Assembly (NCBI RefSeq): GCF_006345805.1
Contig: NC_043010.1
Span: forward strand, 41,788,001-41,852,000
Reading direction: 5' to 3'
Length of the DNA: 64,000 nt
Source: Octopus sinensis
Taxonomy: Eukaryota
The position numbers and the translations under genes were made by a program. Positions 11,434-24,354 of this stretch are shown piece by piece (position 1 is the stretch's first letter; every line of letters starts with the position of its first letter). Under the pieces are notes generated by a model, which was not told where the DNA came from, searched no databases, and saw nothing but the letters and a program-made list of their open reading frames with translations.

Positions 11434-12479
11434 GAAAATACTAGAAAACTACTATAAAATAACCACCATAGGACTGCAAAACTATCTACTTCAGAAGGAA
11501 GGAAAACTGATACAAATAGCAGCAAAACTCGAGCAAAACAAAAAACTGTTCTCAGTATTTAAGGAAGCTGACAAATACAAACAAGAAATCATACCACCTA
11601 ACAAATATGAAGAAGAAGAAGAAGAAGAAGAAGAAGAAGAAGAAGAAGAAGAAGAAGAAGAAACAACAAAAGCTATAAAACAAATGAAATCCAAACTAAA
11701 AATAGAACAGCAAAGAACCATGATAAAACGATGGCAAGAAAAATACTGGACTAAACTAAATGCAAAAGAAATAGACAAAAAAAAATCCCAGCAATGGTTG
11801 AGAAGCTCAGGACTCAAAACAGAGACAGAGGGATTTTTAATTGCAGCACAAGACCAAAGCCTCCCCATCAGAAATTACCAAAAACATGTAGTGAAAAGAA
11901 ATATAACAAGTAACTGCAGAATATGTGGAGGTGGACAAGAAACAATAAATCATATAATCTCTGGCTGCCCAGTCCTGACTAAGAAGGAATATATTCACAG
12001 ACATGACAGAGTTGGAACCTACATACACTGGAAGCTATGCCAACATTATGGAATAACAACAGAAAAAAGATGGTATAGGCACACACAAGAAAAGGTCACA
12101 GAAAACGTGAAAGTAACCATACTCTGGGATATGCCGATACACACAGATAGAGTAATTAAGGCCAACAGACCAGATATAGTTGTCAGAGATCATGAAGAAA
12201 AAAAAATGCTTTCTAATTGATGTATCAATACCGGCAGATGACAACGTGTCTCTAAAAGAAATGGAGAAAAATATTCAGACAAATACATAACAAAAACACC
12301 AGGACTTACAAACACATATAACATACAGAAAATTGCACTACTAGGCACTGCACACATCCTACGCAGAACACTTTCCATACAATAACCATCAGAGCATCAC
12401 AACAAATCACAGCACATACCCAAGGCACACAGAGCTGCGCTCGGTAGTGAAGTGAAAGCACACTATAAAAATAAAACTA

Positions 12480-12483
<4 letters not shown>
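11433..12483 (+). mobile_element. R4/Dong-like RLE retrotransposon, 5'-truncated, flanked by (TAA)n on both sides
   Basis: ORF 11684-12220 with AAQDQ, CRIC..HIISGC knuckle, RHD and RPDIVV motifs; TAA arrays at about 11380-11432 and 12483-12545. Confidence 0.92.
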
Positions 12484-12546
<63 letters not shown>

Positions 12547-13224
12547 TATATATCATTTTATTCTTTTATTTGTTTCAGTCAATTGACTGTGGTGATGCTG
12601 GAGCACCACCTTGAAGGGTTTTTGTCGAACAAATTGACCCCAGCCGAGGACAGAATGGGATAGATGGAAGTATGTTTGCTGAGTGTGGGCTGATGGGAAA
12701 GACATTCTTGAAAGATCTTGTTCGGTTTGAAGGAAAGAGTTGCAGTATTGAATTGAGTTAAACATTTCTTTATCTATGGACCCCTTTGATTACTATTTAC
12801 TTTGGTGGATCTTCATTGCTTTCAGAATTCCTATATTACTTTTCACACGCTAACCCTTTATCATTCCGACTACTCTATCAAAATGTAATGCTTATTTATT
12901 CACAGTGTTTTAAATTAATCATATACTATCTTGTAGCTTCAAGATTAATACTGTATGACTGGTTATTTTTAGATTGACATTGTTGGGTGGTTGGTAATAG
13001 ATCTGACCTGGCTGATTTGAACACAAAACAGGTAGAATAGATTGGTTGGACATGACTGGTTTAAATGCTAAATTGAACTGTTTCTTGCAATAAATATATC
13101 GTCTGAAATGGTTCTCGAATACTGTATATTATAAAGATTAATGTACCCGCTGTATTGACAAATTATACGAGTACCTGCTTTTTCTGACCTATAGCATCTT
13201 AGACAACCACACATATATGCTTAA

Positions 13225-13832
13225 GTACGTACCTACGTCTCTACCTACCTACCTACCTACCTACCTACCTACCTACCTACCTACCTACCTACATACCTAC
13301 CTACCTACCTACCTACGTCTCTACCTACGTCTCTACCTACCTACATACCTACCTACCTACCTAACTACCTACGTCTCTACCTACCTACCTACCTACCTAC
13401 CTACCCACCTACATATCTACCTACCCACCTACATACCTACCTACCCACCTACCTACCTACCTACCCACCTACATACCTACCTACCTACCTACCTACCTAC
13501 CTACCTACCTACCCATCTACCTACCTACCTACCCACCTACCTACCTACCTACCTACCTACCCATCATCCTACCTACCTACCTACCTACATACATACCTAC
13601 GTCTCTACCTACCTACATACCTACCCACCTACATACCTACCTACCCACCTACATACCTACCTACCCACCTACATACCTACCTACCCACCTACCTACCTAC
13701 CTACCTACCTAACTAGCTACCCACCTACATACCTACCTACCTACCCATCTACCTACCTACCCACCTACCCACCTACCTACCTACCTACCTACCTACACAT
13801 CTACCCACCCACCTACCTACCTACCTACCTAC

Positions 13833-13863
<31 letters not shown>

Positions 13864-13945
13864 CATACATACACACACACACATACATACATACATACAT
13901 ACATACATACATACACACACACACATACATACATACATACATACA
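13225..13945. repeat. Compound (CCTA)n/(CCCA) array grading into (CATA)n
   Basis: Direct reading; explains the PTYL-repeat ORF 13217-14041. Confidence 0.95.
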
Positions 13946-14500
13946 TATGGTGGCTGCCCCCACGTTATCGAGTATGGCCATTGCACGAAGCTTAATCAAT
14001 GTTGTTGTCGTGTAAAGCCTGTGCAAGAAGATTTTTTTTAAAGTGAGGAAAGGCTGTGCACTGAGTCAATCCCACTCACTAAGCAACAGCAGCCATAATC
14101 CGAAAAGAAGAACAAGTCAACAACATCGGTAACCACTGAGCCGCAGGTTTTATGTCGGAGTTATCCCAGTTACCTGAGTTACCTTCTCCTAGACGGATGC
14201 CCTAACAAAGGCTAGGAGTCCTTCACTCCCAATGGTTTAACCGCACGATCCGGTATTCAGTCCGATTATTTATGTCCTTGCGCATGATACAGCCTTACGG
14301 CATTTATTGGATGGCCGTTGACTCTCAAGAGTTCCTCCGCCCTTTGACGGGCTTTGTTTTTCATCCCGCAGGGTGTCCAATAAACACCCTCCTCACCAAG
14401 CAAGCTTGGTGGTGTTGCCGGTTTAGTCGCCGACGACCCGACCATGCAACAGGTTGTACTGGGTTACATGTTACCAGTAGCACTCGAAACTGACCTGACA
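13946..14500. mobile_element. Non-coding repeat E (about 550 bp) inserted in (CATA)n, copy 1
   Basis: Second copy at 57086-57624; (CATA)n on both flanks here. Confidence 0.85.
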
Positions 14501-15033
14501 TAACATACATACATACATACATACATACATACATACATACATACATACATACATGCATACATACATACATACATACATACATACATACATACATACATAC
14601 ATACATACATACATGTTCCTTGCCTACAAACACAAACTAGAATTTTCTTTTCTTAAGCACATAAATTAACTTTCAGTAATAAATTCTTAAGTTATTGAAA
14701 TTATCTCTTGCTATTATTTTTTTTTGTCGTCAACTTAGGGGGAAATTTCAATAAATAATATACAGGGCATTCAGTCCATCACCCATAAACATTTTTATAA
14801 ACGTTTTTATAATTTCCTGCTGTTGAGCCATTTGAATTATTTCGCTTGGCTCATATTTTGCACCATACAAATAAAACGATTGATTGGTTACAACCAAATA
14901 AAAGGAGGGCAGATATCTGAAATGAAGAAGGTGGTTTACTAAACATCTTAGTGTGTGTACGTGTATGCAAACATACATTATGTATGTATGTATGTATGTA
15001 TGTATGTATGTATGTATGTATGTATGTATGTAT

Positions 15034-15073
<40 letters not shown>

Positions 15074-15113
15074 GTCATTTGTTCATTTGATTTTTGTACA
15101 ATTTCGAATACAG

Positions 15114-15172
<59 letters not shown>

Positions 15173-15257
15173 GCGTGCGTGCGTGTGTGTGTGTGTACGC
15201 ACACTCACTAACATACACACATACAAACACACACACACACACACATACACACACACA

Positions 15258-15299
<42 letters not shown>

Positions 15300-15367
15300 A
15301 GTAAGAATAATGAGAACACGAAGACAGAATCTGCGATTGACGATGAATGAGAACGAGAGAGAAGGAG

Positions 15368-15416
<49 letters not shown>

Positions 15417-15492
15417 AAAGAAAAAGAAGAGAGGGATAGAGGGTAGGCGAGAGTAAAAATTAAAGTGATCGTGTGACGTTGCTATTTACTAG

Positions 15493-15680
15493 ACTGAAGC
15501 CGATAGGATGCATCTTCTACGCATGGATGTTATCGCCAGTAATGAAGACAGCGATGATAATAACAGAGAAGAAGGACAGGGCTTGTGTGATAAAGAGGAA
15601 GGCGAGGAAGACGATGAATCTGACGAAGACGGGGTCGGTATGCATGGATATTCCAATGTTAACGTATTATCATACAGCAG
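15493..15680 (+). CDS. Candidate internal coding exon, acidic (TEADRMHLLRMDVIASNEDSDDNNREEGQGLCDKEEGEEDDESDEDGVGMHGYSNVNVLSYS)
   Basis: TTTACTAG acceptor at 15492, CAG/GTAGGT donor at 15680/15681; 62 open codons with in-frame stops immediately outside both junctions; no repeat homolog in the window. Confidence 0.45.
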
Positions 15681-15948
15681 GTAGGTCATACCGATATAAT
15701 AGCAACGCGATATTACTATCAGCTGCTACTACTTTTTTCTCTCTTTAATTGCTGCTGTGGTTTTTGTAGGAAGTACAGTATATATATAATAACCATGCGA
15801 TTAGCTACACGCTAGTACATACATAAATACACGCATACATATACCTACATATTTTCATAGATATATATAAAAAAAAAACATACACGCCCATATCTATGTG
15901 TGTGTATGTATGTATGTGTGTATATACATATATATATATATATATGTG

Positions 15949-15994
<46 letters not shown>

Positions 15995-16004
15995 TGTATG
16001 TATG

Positions 16005-16064
<60 letters not shown>

Positions 16065-16206
16065 CTATATACATACATACACACACATATGAGTGTGTGC
16101 GTGTATATGCCCTCACTCATATATTTAATACATAACATGTATATATATGCGCGTGTATGCTTTTATATCTGGGTAGATACACATGTGTGTATTCATATAT
16201 ATGTGT

Positions 16207-16259
<53 letters not shown>

Positions 16260-16361
16260 CACGCACATGGTCACGCATATATAAACGTATATATGTAAAT
16301 ATTTATGCATACTATATATATATATGTATCTGTGTGTGTGTATGTATATTTATATATGTAT

Positions 16362-16418
<57 letters not shown>

Positions 16419-16691
16419 CATACATGCATACATACTTTCGTACATACATAAACACATGTATGTGTGTGTATGTGCGTGTGAGTGTATGTGTGCGCGCGCA
16501 CAAGACACTATGTTATGGGTTCATATATCTCGTTGAGCACGCTACCGCTTATATGCAGATGATTTGACACAATTTGGACATGTGTTGAGTACTTTTATGC
16601 TTTCGTACAATGAAATCAAAGCAAATACACACGCACGTAGAAATGTTAAATATATATATATATATAATTATTACATCAAAAACTGCTGCTA

Positions 16692-16802
16692 TAAGTAAAA
16701 CTACACGCTGGAAAGGGACGCTAAAGTCAAACTGCGCGCATCTGTATATTTTGATAAAGTAGTTTGACTTTAGCGTCCCTTTTCAGAGTGTGGCTTTACT
16801 TA
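16692..16802. repeat. Imperfect inverted repeat (about 42-bp arms), MITE-like
   Basis: GAAAGGGACGCTAAAGTCAAACT versus AGTTTGACTTTAGCGTCCCTTTTC. Confidence 0.75.
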
Positions 16803-16952
16803 CACTAGTAGCCCATAATGTAATAATGTATTTCAAAAAATTATACACTTAACATAATTTTTTTAACCTTAATTGGTTTACATGCCGGCTACTTGATAAA
16901 ATCTTACACAGATATCATATTTATATTTAAGTGATATATATACATATATATT

Positions 16953-16984
<32 letters not shown>

Positions 16985-17008
16985 TGTATGTATGTATGTA
17001 TGTATATA

Positions 17009-17086
<78 letters not shown>

Positions 17087-17401
17087 TGTGTATGTTTATA
17101 TATGTGCGTGTGCATGTGTAAATGTAATGTGCATATATATATATTTATTTTTCGAATACTTGTCATTGGCCATTCAGAAAATTTAAAATGAGAAACCATC
17201 AATATATGTACTCGTTTTATTAGAAAAATGACTGTACACACTGTGTATTCTCAGAAGTAGGTTATGTCCAAATCACGGAAGAAAGTCTCAGAAATGAAAT
17301 TTAGGAAATTGCACATGAAAGTAGGAGAGGTTACGAAGCTAACCTAGCAGATCTTTAAAAAAGATCTCCTGACAGTGGTGAAAGGAGTGAGTGATAGAAA
17401 G

Positions 17402-17478
<77 letters not shown>

Positions 17479-17869
17479 CAGAAGTAGAGAGACAGAGAGA
17501 AGCAGATAGAGAGAGGCACAGAGAGGGAGAGAGAGTGTGTGTGTGTGTGTGTATGTGCGTGTGCGTCTGTTTGTGTGTGTAAGGAATAAAACTGCATCCT
17601 ACCTTACATCTATAAGGTGACAAAACAAGATATCTGTCCAATTAGAAGACGACCGTCTGTTTCACCTGCTACAAAGTCATCAAGAACGAACATTTCACGA
17701 GTGATTATAGAGATTCTTAGAGAGAGCAACTTATGCAAAACACGCTGATACCACCACTAGAGTCAATGATGGAATTCATTTTAAAGGAAATTTACTTTAA
17801 AGAAGAATAAGAAGCGTTAAAGTGGGAGAGACCTTGTTTGGCACCAAGCTCAAGTAGAATGCCTTCTTC

Positions 17870-19870
17870 AAGTGGCCGTATTCACAATATATTGCACCAG
17901 CAATCTCTCTCCCACTACAAAGAATTTTATTAGAACCTCTATTTCATGTTGAGCATCACTATTAATAACATCAAATGCAGTTGAATAATTAACATCATAA
18001 GCGGAAAGTGTAACCTCTCGAAAGAGCTGTTCTTCACTCCTGCTCCAGAGCGTCGGCTGCGGGGTCATTCCGAAAAGCTCTATCTGCGACGATTTCATCT
18101 CAATCGAAGGAGAGGAGCTTTCTCCGTCCGGGTTGCGGATCCGTGGAACAAGCTGCCAGACGAGATGGTGAAGATGCCGACGACCGCTTTGTTCAAAGCC
18201 TCCCTTGACCTCAAGTGGCCTGAACTCTTTACATGAACACCACCCTGTACTTAACTCCATGTCCCCCTACATGGCCTTGCTAGTTGCTTTTGAGCCAAAT
18301 TAACTAACTAACTAACTAACTAACATAACAGCTGATATAGCCAGAATTTCAGTACCACGGCAGTTACCATCAAATCTGATGCTGCTTGAATAGTAAAGGC
18401 AAAGATGAGTGGAGTTGTGGAAGTGTGTAGAAATGTCCTCGTTGGTCTTATGCTAACGCTATATAACATTTTGAGTCATAATGGGAAGCCTATGGTGTGT
18501 GTCATGAAGTCGATCTTGGAGATCTTTCATTGACTAAGTTTCAGTTCATAAAGAAAAATGCAGAAATCCAACCTTTTTCTGATTTTGACCAGATTTTGAA
18601 CGAGATGGATTACCAGATGTTTTGAAATCGGTTACAGGCACTCCAAGCTTATCAGAAACTTTTACTCTGTCAGTAACACATGACACAAGGGAATTGAAAT
18701 CACAGGCCTCCGTGAATTATCATTGGAACGAATTGGCAAGTGGTTTTCATTCCCATTGAAGACCCTGTACTCAATCCTTTTTGTATTGAGACACAGACTG
18801 AATTACAAGATCTATAAGAACTACCTAAAGTTGCTCCACCTGTTTTGGGGTCTTTGGAAGAGAAGTAAGACTACTCAGTCATGAGTGTAGGAGAGAGCTG
18901 AAAAGATCATCTAATGTTGAATCACCTTCTTTCTCAGCGTGAGCAACAAAATATCCTTTAATATTGTGTTGAAAGGGCTCGATGGACGGAGACCACCACC
19001 TACTAAAGAAAAACTTGTGAAGAGTCTCAAGAATTCATGAAAATTAGAACTGACCCAGATGACTGGTTGAGAGATGTTGATATCAGCGTGGAAGATTCAA
19101 AATCTGTGTCTATAAGAATGGGATCCCCAAAATCCTCTGGCCACTGCTTATGAAGATTTCATGACTGTGAAGGAGGGTTTGACCATAAGTTCAATGCAAT
19201 TTTCGCAGAAGACTAGCTTTGTTATGAAGTGTGAATAGGAGTGGCTGTGTGGAAGGATTAAGAAACTTGGGCTTTCGTTTAATTTTGTCAGAGAGGAATG
19301 ACTGGTGGTGACATGATTAAGAGAGTATCTGTAATAAAACAGTCTACGAGACCTCAAAATGTCCGGTACACTGGTACAAGGATTGCCGTAAGAAGAAAGA
19401 AGTGCAAAGCAGCCGTGGTAGTCCAACAATCTGTGACGTGGTTGAAATATAGAACGTTTTAGGGAGCCCAAAATCAATTCACTATAATACGACCAACCGG
19501 AAGAAAAGGCAACTGATGCAGGAGAATATGTGAGTATCAATGAAAGAGGAGCGAGCAAGATAACAATTATATGATTATCTATGTGAAGCGGGAGCAAGCA
19601 ACGGAGAAATTTTACTTGGCTGGACACCTGGAATGGGAACCCAGAGAGTATGAAGTTCCTGATTAAGAGGTTCTTCTCGGCAATTTACATGGGCACAGCA
19701 GAAACACATATAAGCCTCTATGTTCGAAGAAAAGGGATCTATGATTACATCTTGAGCAGCTGATCTAAGGCGCTAGTTGAGGGGCGTTATCACTGGCGGT
19801 GTCACCAGGTTCTCAAGACCATTACTGCGGCAATAGTTTGAGGGAGGGTGACGGCTGAAACATAAACACA
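17870..19870 (-). pseudogene. Highly decayed CR1/L2-group LINE ORF2 (endonuclease end plus RT), interrupted by a CR1 3' end
   Basis: Fragmentary minus-strand translations resemble APE C-terminus and RT segments; many stops and frameshifts. Confidence 0.5.
18050..18322 (+). mobile_element. CR1-like LINE 3' end with (TAAC)n tail
   Basis: RRLRGHSEKLYLRRFHLNRRRGAFSVRVADPWNKLP...* is a typical CR1 ORF2 C-terminus. Confidence 0.85.
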
Positions 19871-20068
19871 ATTGACAAGAAGATCATTTTTGTGAACGAG
19901 TGAGAGTGACGAAGAAAAAATTGAATAAGAGCTTCGACAATTTGTTTTCCATGGATCCAGGTTTAGTCCCACTGAGTGGCACCTTGGGCAGGCACTTTCT
20001 ACTAAAGCCTCAGACCGTCTAAGCCTTGTGAGTTGATTTGGTAGATGAAAACTGAAAGAAGCGCGTTG

Positions 20069-20179
<111 letters not shown>

Positions 20180-20195
20180 ATATATATATATATGC

Positions 20196-20328
<133 letters not shown>

Positions 20329-20339
20329 CGGTGGTATGT

Positions 20340-20382
<43 letters not shown>

Positions 20383-20394
20383 ATATATATGCAT

Positions 20395-20640
20395 ATATGG
20401 GTACAGGACATCGAAAAAAACGTTGAACACAATGAGAAACGAAAACATAAAAACAAAAACATGGAAACGAACTATTTTTCAAACAACAAAAAACCACCGT
20501 ACAAGACATACAACACAAGGAATATTCCCCTTCTTCAGTTGTCCCTGTTTCGTATACTCCGCGTTTCCGAAGGTAAGGACATAACGCGACTTCGTTGAAA
20601 CAGTCCTTCCCGCAAAGCAAATTAAATAAAATTTGGGATT
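20395..20640 (-). mobile_element. Repeat family F (probably PLE-terminus derived); other copies about 32375-32545 (+) and 46275-46400 (+)
   Basis: Shared ACAACTGA(T/A)GAAGGG motif and TGTCCTGTACCCATAT terminus. Confidence 0.55.
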
Positions 20641-20999
20641 TGTTGCGCAGGGGTAAAAGTGGTAACAAGAACAGGACACTAAGAACAAAACAAGACAGTA
20701 AAAACAATAAAATAAAAACAGTAAAACACAGGACAAAGAGAATAACACAGTAAAAACAAACGATGTGGACTGTTAAGCCAAGACGATGGAAAAATTGTTC
20801 TGAAAGTTTGAGAGAGACAGGATAAGCGGTCTTGTTTTGGTGAAGATAGCAGTTGGAAAGATGGCTTCCCTCTGATCTTCAAACATTAAACGCAAAGCTG
20901 AACAGTTGCATGATAATACTACAGCAACTGGATATTTCATAATGATTCAAGTTCATCGAATCTCCATAAACAGTTGAATATTATAGACACGTATATATA

Positions 21000-21058
<59 letters not shown>

Positions 21059-21141
21059 TATTATTACTATTATTATTATTATCATTATTATTACTATTAT
21101 TGTTATTGCTATTGTTGTTGTTGGTGTTGTTGTTATCATGT

Positions 21142-21521
21142 GGAGGGACAATGGCCCAGTGGTAAGGGCAGGGGACTCGTGGTCTTAAGATCACGGTTTC
21201 GATTCCCAGACCGGGCGTTGCGAGTGTTTATTGAGCGAAAACACCTAAAGCTCCACGAGGCTCCGGCAGGGCGTGGTGGTGAACCCTGCTGTACTCTTTC
21301 CCCACAACTTTCTCTCACTCTTGACTTCCTGTTTCTGTTGTACCTGTATTTCAAAGGGCCACCCTTCTCACAATTTGTGTCACGCTGAATCTCCCCGAGA
21401 ACTACGTTAAGGGTACACTTGTTTGTGGAGTGCTCAGCCACTTGCACGTTAATTTCACGAGCAGGTTGTTCCGTTGATCGGATCAACTGGAACACTCGTC
21501 GTCGCAACCGACGGAGTGCCA
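21142..21521 (+). mobile_element. SINE family B (tRNA-derived)
   Basis: A-box TGGCCCAGTGG, B-box GTTTCGATTCC; similar to 21672-22058. Confidence 0.9.
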
Positions 21522-21671
21522 TCATATATTGTTATCATATACACTCAACACATTAGGGTTGGAATACATTAGACTGTTGGAACAGAAAAAAATCGTCCTA
21601 TCGGGCTACAACAAGTAAATTTAGATGCCAAGAATCCTCCTAGGTATCCTAGCTGTCCCTAATAACGCTGC

Positions 21672-22058
21672 GGAGGCGCAATGGCTCAGTGGTTAGGGCA
21701 GCGGACTCGCGGTCATAGGATCGCGGTTTCGATTCCCAGACCGGGCGTTGTGAGTGTTTATTGAGCAAAAACACCTAAAGCTCCACGAGGCTCCGACAGG
21801 GAATGGTGGTGATCCCTGCTGTACTCTTTCACCACAACTTTCTCTCACTCTTGACTTCCTGTTTCTGTTGTACCTGTATTTCAAAGGGCCGGCCTTGTCA
21901 CTCTCTGTGTCACGCTGAATATCCCGAGAACTACATTAAGAGTACACGTGTCTGTGGAGTGCTCAGCCACTTACACGTTAATTTCACGAGCAGGCTGTTC
22001 CGTTGATTCGGATAAACCCGAACCCTCATCGTCGTAACCGACGGAGTGTTTCCAATCC
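21672..22058 (+). mobile_element. SINE family B with 11-bp TSD, inserted in the Dong-like ORF
   Basis: AATAACGCTGC at 21661-21671 and 22059-22069. Confidence 0.92.
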
Positions 22059-22296
22059 AATAACGCTGCATTCTGGATATGTAGTAAACTGCGTTTTATG
22101 CATGTTCAGATCTTTAGGGATAGTTCCCAATGCACCCATAACAACTGGGATGCGTTTTATCCGTACTTTCCATAGTCTCTGTAAATTCATTAGCTAGGTC
22201 CCCGTACTTTTCTACTTTTCTATACTTCTCATATTAATGTTCTCATCATTTGGAACTGTAAAGTCAATTATCTGGCACGTTCTACTCTCTTTATCT

Positions 22297-22323
22297 ACTA
22301 CTACTACTACTACTACTACTATA

Positions 22324-22370
<47 letters not shown>

Positions 22371-22622
22371 TACCACCACCACCACCACCACGACTACTAC
22401 TACTACCACCACCACCACCACCACCACGACTACTACTACTACCACCACCACCACCACCACCACGACTACTACTACTACCACCACCACCACCACCACTACT
22501 ACTACCACCACCACCACCACCACCACTACTACCACCACCACCACCACCACCACCACTACTACTACTACACTACTACTACTACTACTAATACTAATACTAA
22601 TACTACTACTACTACTACTACT
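22297..22622. repeat. (ACT)n/(ACC)n trinucleotide array
   Basis: Direct reading. Confidence 0.95.
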
Positions 22623-23499
22623 ACCAAATCAGGCCTTCTAGCTTCTATCACTCTGTCAGTCTGAATGTTAAAGTCCCACAACATCTTATATTTCTTACTT
22701 TCTATTAATTTACTAGGTTCGTGTTCACACTATTTATCAGGATGTGCAAATTCTAGCTTTCTACATAGCTCCCAATGGATTACTCTCCTTAGATTGTCAT
22801 GGCATTTCTTGTATTCTTTCTGCGCCAGCATTCTGCTTTCACTTACTATGAGTAACATTTTTGACCTGCATAATTGAGAATTTACCTGGTTTTTGTCTAT
22901 CTTGGCTTTTATCCAATTAGTCCTTAATGCTTGATCTTGTGCAGCTACTAACAAACTTTCTGTCTCCCTTTTCAGCTTCCCTTTCTGCAACCATAACCAT
23001 GTCTCATTACTACTATTTGCTGCAACTATCTTTGGGAATCCATCATGCAACACCTCCTGCCAGTCAGATCATTTCTGTTCTTTTTTCTGGTTTTTAAGTT
23101 CATTTGGGTTTTGGGCTTCCCTATGTCTTTCTTCACTACTACCCGTATAAGAGTTTATATCTACTCTAGCTAACACCACGCAGTCTTCTACTGATATTAA
23201 CCCTCTTCTGCCTTCCTTTCTAGGTAGGTATAATCTTGCAAATCCTGTTCTTCGGTGGAGTCCTCCATTCATATTGAATTCCGTCCAAGTTCTTCTGTCT
23301 AGCTTACTAATTCAGTTTTTGTGCAGTCTACAAAAGCTGCTGAGTAACTAAGTAACGATACTGCCCGAGTATTTTCAGCCTTACTAGATTCCAACTATTT
23401 AGCTTTGACTTCATTAGCTTCCTGCCTTTTCTCAATTTTCGTTTTCATTTCTGTAGTTAGAACTCTGTCAGATTCTAATACTCATTTTGTTATGCATTT

Positions 23500-23625
23500 G
23501 TCTAAATATTTTTTAATCATACCTAATGCACCTGCTTTTAGGCCCCACATTCGGATTACTTCCATTTCCAGATCTTTGTATTCTGAGAGTTTCTCCGTCT
23601 GTTTTAGAGATACATTGTAATTTGT
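23500..23625 (-). mobile_element. Second Dong-like RLE C-terminal fragment fused to the preceding element
   Basis: NVSLKQTEKLSEYKDLEMEVIRMWGLK. Confidence 0.7.
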
Positions 23626-23626
23626 G

Positions 23627-23659
<33 letters not shown>

Positions 23660-24274
23660 GAGTGAGAGAGCAGTTCATGCCATCAAAGTGACACTGGGGT
23701 AAAATATACGAAGCCCAATATACCCATCATGACTACCCGTCTGATAAAAGTACACCAGGCACATGCATCACAACCATATGTGCGCGACATGGTGATCTCA
23801 TATCAAGATAAACAGCACATGACCTTGCAGGTGGGGCCCAGTTAGAATTTTCTTCAGGTTGAGTAGCCCATCCTGCTCAAAAGGTCCCTGAATAAGGGTT
23901 GCTTTAGGATGTTGAACGAAACACCTATGTTTCCAGAGGTGAATTATTCAAACCCCAAAGAATCCCTCTCAACACATGGCCATGATGCTCCCCCACTACT
24001 TCTGCTCGTGATCAGAGATGCACATATCGTCAGCCACTAAGGGACATGCTCAACTGGTTAAGGCCAAACAACTGACAAGCAAATCTGTGGTATTGAGCAG
24101 AATATTTGCTGTAGCCCATCTTTTATACCAAGACAAAACAATGTACATGATAACACTCCCAATCAGTTAAGATCAGAAGCCATGAGAGCCACTGCCTGGT
24201 ACTGCATCAGGGCATGTACTGCATCAGGGCATGTACTGCATCAGGGCATGTACTGCATCAGGGCATGTACTGCA

Positions 24275-24276
<2 letters not shown>
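23660..24276. mobile_element. Non-coding element G between (TTA)n tracts, ending in 4.6 copies of a 17-bp repeat
   Basis: GTACTGCATCAGGGCAT at 24199, 24216, 24233, 24250 and partial at 24267; TTA arrays on both sides. Confidence 0.6.

Positions 24277-24350
<74 letters not shown>

Positions 24351-24354
<4 letters not shown>

Larger units (their letters stand above)
21600..23500 (-). mobile_element. R4/Dong-like RLE retrotransposon, 5'-truncated, interrupted by a SINE and a trinucleotide expansion
   Basis: RLYLPRKEGRRGL, AAQDQALRTN, RRPDLVVV..DKESRTCQIID and ALLGTARIPRRILGI* in collinear order. Confidence 0.9.

Noticed and set aside
13217-14041. Long low-complexity ORFs (PTYL, YVCM, HTHT, IYIY, VVVV repeats), here and throughout, e.g. 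33172-34677
   Set aside because: They are translations of CCTA, CATA, CA, TA and triplet microsatellites, not genes
21672-21750. tRNA-like sequence with A and B boxes (also the heads of other SINEs)
   Set aside because: No complete cloverleaf; continues into a SINE body present in multiple copies
23990-24050. CUGACGA...GAAG hammerhead-like string in element G
   Set aside because: The second box is GAAG, and no stem I or valid cleavage triplet could be paired
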